The notes: generated from the letters alone by a model not told the origin. Shown: positions 1-8,252, numbered from the stretch's first letter. The stretch is 9,998 nt of DNA from Adineta steineri (GCA_905250045.1 CAJNOG010000082.1:327823-337820); one strand, 5' to 3'. A program made the numbers and translations.

Positions 1-2
1 AT

Positions 3-420
3 GGATTAAAAGAAGGTGTGATTGAACGAGCAGGAACATTCAATTATGAACGTACTTATACAAATGCAACAGGACCGACGTTTACGGAAACAAATGGAGG
101 AAAGCTGAGTTGTAAACGAATTCTCTTTTCAAACTGGACGCCACAGACATTGATCAATGACGAAAATGAATTACGAAAATCGATACAATTGTTTGTTTCG
201 AAATCTGTAGAATATACATTAAAAGAGGGAAATTCAAGGTCAATGGCATTCGTTGTTTCTAGTTTATGTGCAAACGAAATAGTTCTAGTAGAAGAACTGA
301 TTAATACTGCAAAACAACAACTAGAATCGAAAAAGTCACAATTGAAAATCTCCTTTATTCTATTACCAGAACAAAAGACTTTGTATCGTCAATTCTTTAC
401 TTTTGTTGGAAAATCGAAGG
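3..420 (+). other. Macro-like domain, C-terminal portion only
   Basis: GLKEGVIERAGTFNYE...NGGKLSCKRILFSNWTP...NELRKSIQLFVSKSVEYTLKEGNSRSMAFVVSS...VEELINTAKQQLESKKSQLKISFILLPEQKTLYRQF resembles the macro pattern of GV-x-x-AIHxAAG, GGxLPCKxIxHxVGP, SIAFP and a final beta strand. Recognised by eye, with no profile search. Confidence 0.65.
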
Positions 421-2227
421 ATGTCTATGCGCAATTGGACTGTCCGACATCAAGTGAGATAGATATGATTATAGTGATGAGAGTGTTTAAAATTCTTTGT
501 TTTAGTTATTAAGATTACCCTTCACGCGACTACAGATGAATATTTAACAAAATGTCAAAATAAAATAAATAGATATTTAGGACGATGCATAATTTCGATG
601 AAATTAGCTAATGCTAATGGTATTTTTCAACACTGGGATCAACATATGATCTACAAGTTTTACAAATATTGTCATGATCAATGTGTTTTACCAAATCTCG
701 ATCAAACAGGGGAAGAACTTGAGCTAATTGGATTTGAAAAATATGTTCACGAAGTTAAAGAAAAATGGCATGTTCTATCTCATTTAGCAACAGAGAAACT
801 CTTACGTACATCGACGACAAATCGTTCAAGATCAGCACGAGTTCATACTTACAATCTAATGCTAAGTTACTGTCAACAAGATACCAAAAAGTGTCAGCAT
901 CTCATTAAACGATTTAGCGAAGAAGGTCTATCCGTATGGGCAGAACCGATCATCGACGAACAGCCACGTGATGCTTCCTCTCAGATGAATAAATCAGAGT
1001 GCATTATTCTTTGTATTAGTGAAAATTATTACGAGAGTCAATCATGCGAGAAAGAAGCAAGACATGCTTTGCAAACAGGCAAACCAACTTTCTTAGTAAA
1101 AGTTCGAAATGATCCATTGTTCGGTTGGCAACGAGAGATCTTTGAAGGAAAATTACTTTTTCCATTTTTTGGATCCGATCATTACTTAAATTTGCAATAT
1201 GATCATTTATTATTGAAAATTGTAAGTATTATCAAATGTCATATTGTTTCTCTATCGCACACTTTGATTTTCTGTGTAGTTGCAATCGATAAAACCAAAC
1301 AGTTCCTCTTTGAAACAACCTGTTGAACAACTACGATCTAAATATGATAGAAGAGTTCAAACCCTCATGCAAATTGGTCATATAGAAAATGAAGAAATGG
1401 TAATGTTAATTCAACAGCTACAGAACGTTATTGATGCTACTGATCCAGAAAAAACTGAGTCAGACGAACAAAATCAAGAAACTAATACTGATCACCGAAA
1501 CGAGAAGAAGAATAAAGGTAAGTGCACGGATCGGAGTTCTTCTAAAATATAATCTATCTTTGTCGGAATAGGAGAATACGAATGGATCGAACGTTGGCTA
1601 AGAAAACCAACGAATACTACAAAACAGAATCTACCACCGTTTGCATTCAGTGGTGATATCAATGATGCGATATTTCCGATGCCTGAATATATACTTCAGC
1701 AACTAGGTATAGAAGATCAATCAGTTTTATCCACACAATCTTCTACAGCAAAATTTCGAAATATATTTGAACGCGATATTATTAAACGATCAGTCGTACG
1801 TCCATTTACGCGCGATTTATTGAATGAATTTCCTGTAGATGACGAATATACCTATGGAATGTGTACACAACGAACAGAGTACTCTAATTGTATGTCTCAA
1901 GTATTCACTGACTGGCATTCTAGTACCGATGAAGATACACAGAATAAAACACGTTTACCTTGCCTACCAGCAGAAGTATTCAATCACTCCAAAAATAAGG
2001 CACAAAAACGTCGTGATTCAAACCGTACAGACGATTCGACAAACAAGAAAGAAGAAGGTGTCAAATATATTGCTAAAAAATACCAACCTACTACTCGTGC
2101 AGAATTAGATGTCTACTTCAAACAGTTTGCTCAACGAATGCAAGAAAATATCATTCAATTTGAAAATTTCTGTGCAACGGCTGCCGTGCACCCAACCGGT
2201 CGGAAAAAGCGACGAACCATCCAGTAG
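3..2227 (+). CDS. Macro-like domain / TIR domain fusion protein, 5' partial, 4 visible exons
   Basis: Model join(<3..453, 506..1221, 1280..1517, 1572..2227). Introns 454-505 (GTGAGA..TTTTAG, 52 nt), 1222-1279 (GTAAGT..GTGTAG, 58 nt) and 1518-1571 (GTAAGT..GAATAG, 54 nt) all keep frame across the ORFs in the track. The frame is open to the window start (GLKEGVIERAG...). Exon 1 has macro-like segments GVIERAG and GGKLSCKRILFSNWTP. Exon 2 has a TIR-like segment, NLMLSYCQQDTKKCQHLIKRFSEEGLSVWAEP...SECIILCISENYYESQSCEKEARHALQTGKPTFLVKV. Confidence 0.85.
838..1221 (+). other. TIR domain
   Basis: ARVHTYNLMLSYCQQDTKKCQHLIKRFSEEGLSVWAEPIIDEQPRDASSQMNKSECIILCISENYYESQSCEKEARHALQTGKPTFLVKVRNDPLFGWQREIFEGKLLFPFFGS. 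It has the FLSY-like first strand, the C-[RE]-x-E-A motif (Glu codon at 1054-1056) and a GW..G...FPF C-terminal pattern. Confidence 0.82.
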
Positions 2228-2258
2228 TCTTCGTATTTTTCGAACCGATTCTTTGAGA

Positions 2259-2299
2259 GTGTGAGTGTCTCTTCTCTTAGCTCATACCCATACCCATCC
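2259..2299. repeat. Diverged copy of the 7752-7792 element
   Basis: GTGTGAGTGTCTCTTCTCTTAGCTCATACCCATACCCATCC matches GTGTGAGTGTCTCTTCTCGTAGCTCACACCCACACCCACAC at 36 of 41 positions by manual alignment. Confidence 0.7.
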
Positions 2300-2308
2300 A
2301 TCCTTACT

Positions 2309-3206
2309 GACTCTAGAACAGAATTTAATAATCATCTTGAAATTTCTCTTCTTAGCGTTTTAAAATTGAAAAAATGCTTCATCGTATAATTCAGTTGGTA
2401 TTAATATTTCTACAGTTTTTTTAGATAAGATATAAAAATGACTAGTAGTTCAGCGAAATCATCTGAGCCTCTTACAACAAAACATCCGACATCAGGTATT
2501 GTTTTTTCATCATTATATATTTTCTCATAGTTATTCAAATTATTCAGGATCAGTCTCTGACAGTCGATTGGCATCGTCCGGACTCGAACACAAACAAAAT
2601 AAGAATGAATTATCATCAAGTTCTAGCCAATTTGTAAATTCTAAGAATTCTCAAACAAACAAAGAAGACGTATTTTATGACTCCTCCGATACGGAAGAGG
2701 ATAGCCCTGAAGAAAACTGTAGTCCTGGTAAAGTGTTATAAAAATCAACATTTATTCCAAGACGAAAGTATCACTTTTGCTTATTAGGACCTGCTGCATA
2801 CAATATAAGCGGGAGTTCGATGAAATGGGTGTATCCATCATCACCTCAGTACTCAATTACTGGACGTTCGAGATACCTATGGGAGGGACATGGTTACACA
2901 CCAGGCCCTGGTAGTTATAGAACAACCCCACCACAATGCTACAAACAAAAGGCACCTGGATATTCTTTTGGTGTTAATCACTCAATTAAAAGGCGCTAGG
3001 TATTATGAAATACAAAGATTAGTACAACCGCGCACCCATCATAACTAACGTCTAAATCATTTTTTTTTCTTTGGTGTGCGCATTATTTTTACTGTACTCA
3101 AACCACCATACTCATCCTCAAGATTTCAATATTTATCAATCATCAATATCTATAAATCTCAGTCGAAAGATAAATACATTTCAACTGATCTATGTTTTCT
3201 AATATT
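2309..3206 (+). repeat. Direct duplication, unit A (contains SHIPPO gene copy A)
   Basis: Starts GACTCTAGAACAGAATTTAATAATCA, matching GACTCTAGAACAGAGTTTAATAATCA at 3926. Homology runs through the gene, the 3' flank (AAAGATTAGTACAACCGCGCACCCATCATAA) and the distal flank (TGTACTCAAACCACCA, GATAAATACATTTCAACTGAT). The end is approximate. Confidence 0.75.
2438..2999 (+). CDS. SHIPPO/STPGR-repeat (ODF3/CIMAP-like) short protein, copy A, 149 aa
   Basis: Model join(2438..2495, 2548..2727, 2788..2999). Introns 2496-2547 (52 nt) and 2728-2787 (60 nt). Total 450 nt in frame to TAG. Exon 3 encodes PAAYNISGSSMKWVYPSSPQYSITGRSRYLWEGHGYTPGPGSYRTTPPQCYKQKAPGYSFGVNHSIKRR, with the PGPGSY motif and two APxYSxxG-like motifs. 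The paralog at 4077 has the same exon structure. Confidence 0.82.
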
Positions 3207-3925
3207 TATTCGAAGATATGACTAATTCTAAGAGATCGATTGAGCTTAGTAATTTTTTCTCAACTGAATGAGTCTATCGGAGCTGGTATATGTGAATTGG
3301 GAGAAAAAATGAATACTATCGTTTTTTTCATGTGTTGTTGACTAATAAAAAGTCTAGATTTTCTCCATTAAATCAGTATTACAAAAACGTTAAACATCAT
3401 GCACACGTTGGTTGCTAGTGATGGATGCCTGAAAAAACGGACACAAAGAATTATCGTGAGTAATCTTGTCGGCACAACTTTCACAGAAACCTCGATGATC
3501 ATAAGGAATAAAAAGGAAATTTCTTTGACCATCGAAACAAATGGGACAATTATATATCTCTCTGATTTAGTCTACTTTCGCTGAAAAGTGAAGGAGAACA
3601 GCAACAACTATTTCTATAAAATTCATTCATTTCTTAAAATGCATCAATTCAGTATTGACAAGAAGAAAAGGTGCACAATACACGAGCGATTATTTGCATA
3701 CATAGCCGTAAATCATTTTCAAGTTTTTTCACTTCTTTTCTTTCGCAAGAAATGATGAAACAACAAGAAAAGTGTGAAGATGCGAATGTTGCTTTGGTAA
3801 TTCCAACATAAAGTACAGTATGACACACACACTATTTTTTTTTGTACACGTTTTCAATAAAGAATACGTTTTTTTTCTTATTCCACACTATGACGTACAC
3901 ACTTAGCGAGACTGCTTTTTTTATT

Positions 3926-4968
3926 GACTCTAGAACAGAGTTTAATAATCACACTGCAATTTCTCTTATTGTTTTAAAGTTGGAAAAATGTTTTGTCGGA
4001 TGATTTAGTCGGTATTAATATTTCAGAAATATTATTTCTGCTCTTTTGTTTTCTTCTTTTAGAAAAGGCATTAGAAATGACGAGTAGCTCAGCGAAATCA
4101 TCTGAACCACTTACAAGAATGTATCCGACATCAGGTATTGTTTTTTCATCATCATATATTTTCTGATAGTTATTCAAGTTATTCAGGATCAGTCTCTGAC
4201 AGTCAATCAACTTCGTTTGGACTCGAACACAAACAAAATAAGAATGAATCATTATTAAGTTCTAGCCAATTTGTAAATTCCAAGAATTCTCAAACAAACA
4301 AAGAAGCCGTATTTTATGACTCTTCCGATACGCAACAGAATAGTCCTAAAGAAGACTGTAGTCCTAGTAAAGCGTTATAAATATCAACATTTGTCTGAAG
4401 ACGAAAGTGTCATTTTTGTTCATTAGGACCTGCTGCATACAATATAAGCGAGAGTTCGAAGAGATGCACGTATCCATCATCACCTCGTTACTCACTTACC
4501 CCACGTCGAGAGAGCAGTTGGTTAAATTATAACAATAATCCGGGTCCATGCTATCACCTATTCGGACTAGAATACTACAAGCAAAGAGCACCTAGTTATT
4601 CTTTTGGTCATAAGCACTCAATGAAAAAGACCCTCGGTATTGTGAAATATAAAGATTAGTCCAACCGCGCAGCCATCATAATTGGCTTCAAAATCGTTTG
4701 TTTTTCGTTTGTAATCGGTACTATTTATTTCTTTTCCGATAAGTTTGAGACGATTGACGAAAAATAAAATTACTGAACAGAGTTATTATATATTTCGTCG
4801 TGAATATAGATGATTTTGTTGGAATGAGCATTCTCTTTATCTTACAGTGAGTGTGGGTGTTATTTTTATTGTACTCAAACCTCCACATCCACGCCCTGTT
4901 TTTTTCTATTCATCGATATTTTTTCATTATTATTTCTATTATAGATACAATATTCAAACAGCTGATTC
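3926..4968 (+). repeat. Direct duplication, unit B (contains SHIPPO gene copy B)
   Basis: Matches unit A, including the 3' flank AAAGATTAGTCCAACCGCGCAGCCATCATAA, TGTACTCAAACCTCCA and GATACAATATTCAAACAGCTGAT. Unit B has roughly 120 extra nt around 4700-4845. The end is approximate. Confidence 0.75.
4077..4659 (+). CDS. SHIPPO/STPGR-repeat (ODF3/CIMAP-like) short protein, copy B, 156 aa
   Basis: Model join(4077..4134, 4187..4366, 4427..4659). Introns 4135-4186 (52 nt) and 4367-4426 (60 nt). Total 471 nt in frame. Exon 3 encodes PAAYNISESSKRCTYPSSPRYSLTPRRESSWLNYNNNPGPCYHLFGLEYYKQRAPSYSFGHKHSMKKTLGIVKYKD. Exons 1 and 2 have identical lengths (58 and 180 nt) to copy A. Confidence 0.82.
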
Positions 4969-5047
4969 TTGAGGGTGTGAGTGTGGGTGTGGGTGTCATT
5001 ATGGGTTTGGATGTTATTTCTACTATGATCACACCCACACCCTCAAG
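4968..5047. repeat. Inverted repeat with TGTGGG-like units
   Basis: CTTGAGGGTGTG (4968-4979) pairs perfectly with CACACCCTCAAG (5036-5047). GTGTGGGTGT (4981-4990) pairs perfectly with ACACCCACAC (5031-5040). The left arm contains TGTGAG-TGTGGG-TGTGGG. Confidence 0.8.
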
Positions 5048-5288
5048 AGTAGAAACGGTTTTTGAAGACGATTGCCACAATGCATTTCTAACAGATCATC
5101 TTTCAGGCATAAATAATTCAACTATAGTAATGATCGGAGCGTTCAATTTGATATTAATTGATAAATTCAAAAAATATTTCAGAAATGGGCGGAACGTTCT
5201 TTTTCTTATAATTATAGATTTTTAAGCAAGAGAATTTTTTTTGTTTGCAATATGTTAGCATAGAATAAACGTTCGTTGATATATTTAG

Positions 5289-7235
5289 TTATTTTTGATA
5301 AATAATAAATCGTATATTATCTGCTAAGCCATATCGGTACCCACGGCGATTGTTGATCCGGCTAAATAAAAGTTCAATACTGATCGACACTGTACCACTC
5401 GGAATAATATTGTCATGATAGCGAAATATCATTGATGTTTTATTTTGTCGCTGAACATTTGTCACTGGACCTATATAGAGTAGACAATAAAATAACTGCC
5501 CTTTCTGCATCCGATAGCAGAATTCAATTCACTTACTCAACGTCAATTGGTTAATAACTTTTATCCCGCTTTTAAAGATAATCTTCATTGATGTTGAACT
5601 GTCGTCATCGTCAAAACCACCCATATAGGCGCTGACATTGTATCCTATTTGACGTAAGTTAATCAAAACTGTTAACTGCTCAACATTTATTTCTTGTTGA
5701 ATTCTATGCCCAGCAGATTTGGTTTCATTTGTATTAGCATAGCCGCCGAAGAAAAAGCACGATTGCCAGTCACTTTGATAGTTTGAAATACTCATCTGCT
5801 GTTCACTAGTGTTATAGTATGTCTGCATAACATTACCCGTAACCAACCAACCGGATAGTTGCTCACCTGTACGATTTTGACTCAAAGAGTAGTAGCATAG
5901 ACCTTGCTCGGCATTACCATTTTGAATCATATTCACCTGGAATCTATCAAATGACGTTTCAAATGTGCCATTTGGTAACAGTGAATCAGATATACGAAAG
6001 ACCTGTTTTCTTGAAACATTCAAATTCGAACCTATTAAATTGACTTTATTCAAGTGAATGATCCCTGTTGAGTCGGTAATATTATTAAATTGTGAATTAC
6101 GAAGATCAACTTCTTCGAAGGTTATGCTTTGAAAAGAAGGTTTTTCAAATACAGTACCAGTCATGTTGCAAGAAATAAATGCTCCATTGTCGAGTCGAAT
6201 ACTGACGAATTTTGACATTTGCATATTGAAATTTTTGAATAAAATCCCTTTAGGAAATTCCGTATCAAAAAATTGTATTTGCCCGAGATTTGCTCCATCA
6301 AATTTAACTGTAAGTGTAATTTTAATATTTTGAAATTTGGATTCACTTAGATCTGAATTGGTGTAATCAATTTTGTCCAAAAATAACTGCCCTACTGTTA
6401 AGACTGGTGACAATAATGAACGTTTCAATGTGGCACCTTTAAATGATATATTTTGAAAATGACTTAGAGAAAATTGTGAATTTTCCAAAGTTGTGTCCGA
6501 AAAGTCTGTCCCAATCATTGAAACATCTATAAAATTTGAATTGTTCAAATTGCTAGATGTAAAGCTGGCCCGATTTAAAATAACATTTTCAAATGAAGTA
6601 TTTTTCAGTTCAAGCTGTAGTAATCGAATACTCGTTAGATCGATACGCCGGACATATTTAATTTTACTACCAAATTGAACATTGGATAAATCTGCTCCCA
6701 TCAGATCAATATACTTGTTAGTAGTTTCTTTTTTATAATTTAACAGCTGATTGTCATATAAAAATTTAATTAAATACCATTTTCGCTTATTATCAATTTG
6801 TTCTAATGTCGAAACGGTTTTTGCTCGAGCAAATAGTACTTCTGCAGTTGTCAAGTCGAGATTATCTTTTAAAACAATCGACTTCATATCTTTCATAAAT
6901 GCATCGTAAATATTTTGTCGTTGCATTTCCTTGGCAGTCTCTTCTTGGTACTCTCGTTGACGATTTTCAGCTTCTCGTTGCAGTTGTGCTGCACGTTCTG
7001 ATCTTGTAAAATCTGCATCTCGTTGCATTTGAGAAGTTCTTGACTCTTGAAGCGCTGTTACAAAGGTGAAGACTCCAATCATTAAAGGAACAAGAATAGC
7101 TGATGCCAATTTGATTATTTTAATCGTTACCGTACATTTACTCTTGTTGGGTTTCAGTTGCTGTTTGGTCTGGGATTCATGCAATGACCTCCGTGGCCGT
7201 AATCGATGAGGACTGGCTTTGGATGCTCCTAACAT
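5289..7235 (-). CDS. TM-anchored pentapeptide-repeat-like protein with C-terminal beta-rich ectodomain-like module, 626 aa
   Basis: Model complement(join(5289..5470, 5537..7235)). Intron 5471-5536 is 66 nt on the minus strand (GTAAGT..TATATAG). Joining gives ...VINQLTLS|PVTNVQRQNKTSMIFRY...GLADNIRFIIYQK*. The N-terminus has a hydrophobic helix (KLASAILVPLMIGVFTFVTAL) and a charged coiled-coil-like segment. The middle has pentapeptide-like runs (ANLS/ADLSN, TSFENVILNRASFTSSNLNNSNFIDVSMIGTDFSDTTLENSQF). The C-terminus is NGNAEQGLCYYS...SGWLVTG...MGGFDDDD.... Confidence 0.87.
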
Positions 7236-7746
7236 ATTGGTAATGCAGACGCTGCTCTATTATGATACTGATAACAATTAAGAGTGTTCGCAACAAATAC
7301 TGACATAAATGTCATGCATCTGTTTTTCCATAAAAAATAAAGAAGACTAAAAACGATTATTTGCATAATAAAATTAGTTAGAAAAAGAGGAATTTATAAG
7401 TAAATATCAGCGCAGACATATTGTATTTGATGGCTGAATGTCACGACAAAAAAAATGTATGTTAGAAACGAGAAGATAAAAGCAAATCATCTCTATTTTA
7501 GTGATAATATTATCTCGGCATGTTTGCCTGCGTCATTACATATAAATATCAACAAATCCTATAGTCAACTCGTCTGTTTTGTTTCTGAAAGTAACTTGAT
7601 ATAAATATCCAACCTGATTCTACATGTAATCCATACTAAAATAACAATGGAGATAGATAAACGACTTGTAAATACAGACAACAAAAATCAAGAATATTTG
7701 AACAACATTATTACTTTCTATAAAGATATATTCGTTTCATTTAACA

Positions 7747-7799
7747 TGTGGGTGTGAGTGTCTCTTCTCGTAGCTCACACCCACACCCACACCTCAAGA
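7747..7799. repeat. 12-bp inverted repeat / hairpin plus (CACACC)-type tail
   Basis: TGTGGGTGTGAG (7747-7758), 15-nt loop TGTCTCTTCTCGTAG, then CTCACACCCACA (7774-7785), followed by CCCACACCTCAAGA. Confidence 0.8.
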
Positions 7800-8252
7800 T
7801 ACTCAATCTCATTCGTCAGTCGGCTAGGCTAACAAATTTGTTGATATAGTCGGAAGTGAAATCCTCAATGCATATGAAAAAGGAAAACTTATATTATCGG
7901 GTGAGAATATGACGAATGCACATATTCTCATTCATATCTATCTTCAAGATTCATGTAAATTAATCTATAACAATGAAGTGACAGGAGAAAGAAAAACTTC
8001 TCTGAACTAATAAATTAAATAGTATGAGAGCTTTTTTAGAATAGATTTGTGGAACAAGTCCGTAGACATATTTGTGTTCTGAGCTGTCTCCCTTCTTACT
8101 GGATATATACATCAAAATTTGATTAATTTATTCGAGAATTGAAATTTCGCATGATTTTTAGTCAATTTACAAAAATGCAGGCTTATTGAAATGATATGGA
8201 ACGACAGTTTTTATACAATGTTGGTATAGCAGCAGAGCGACAATGGGAATAT

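Noticed and set aside
1839-2108. 89-aa + strand ORF (MTNIPMECVHNEQ...)
   Set aside because: Alternative frame fully inside exon 4 of the TIR gene, whose frame continues from the upstream spliced exons.
2410-2619. Minus-strand ORFs 2410..2619 and 3974..4252 as a conserved antisense gene pair
   Set aside because: They resemble each other only because they are antisense to the duplicated exons 1-2 and intron 1 of the SHIPPO genes. The sense strand has motif support and matching splice structure.
2987-3022. Copy A SHIPPO gene as a pseudogene because of the early stop
   Set aside because: The indel removes only a few C-terminal residues. All splice sites and the SHIPPO motifs remain intact, so a functional gene with an altered tail is the simpler reading.
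3399-3584. 61-aa + strand ORF (MHTLVASDGCLKK...)
   Set aside because: Short, with no recognisable motifs and no splice continuation that I could support.
4851-5225. 124-aa + strand ORF (MWVLFLLYSNLH...)
   Set aside because: It crosses the flank shared by the SHIPPO duplicates and the TGTGGG-like inverted repeat. Unit A has no equivalent ORF. The hydrophobic part reflects T-rich DNA. Probably chance.
6161-6678. Small minus-strand ORFs 6161..6346 and 6493..6678
   Set aside because: Both are out-of-frame ORFs nested inside the 568-aa pentapeptide protein ORF, with no family resemblance.
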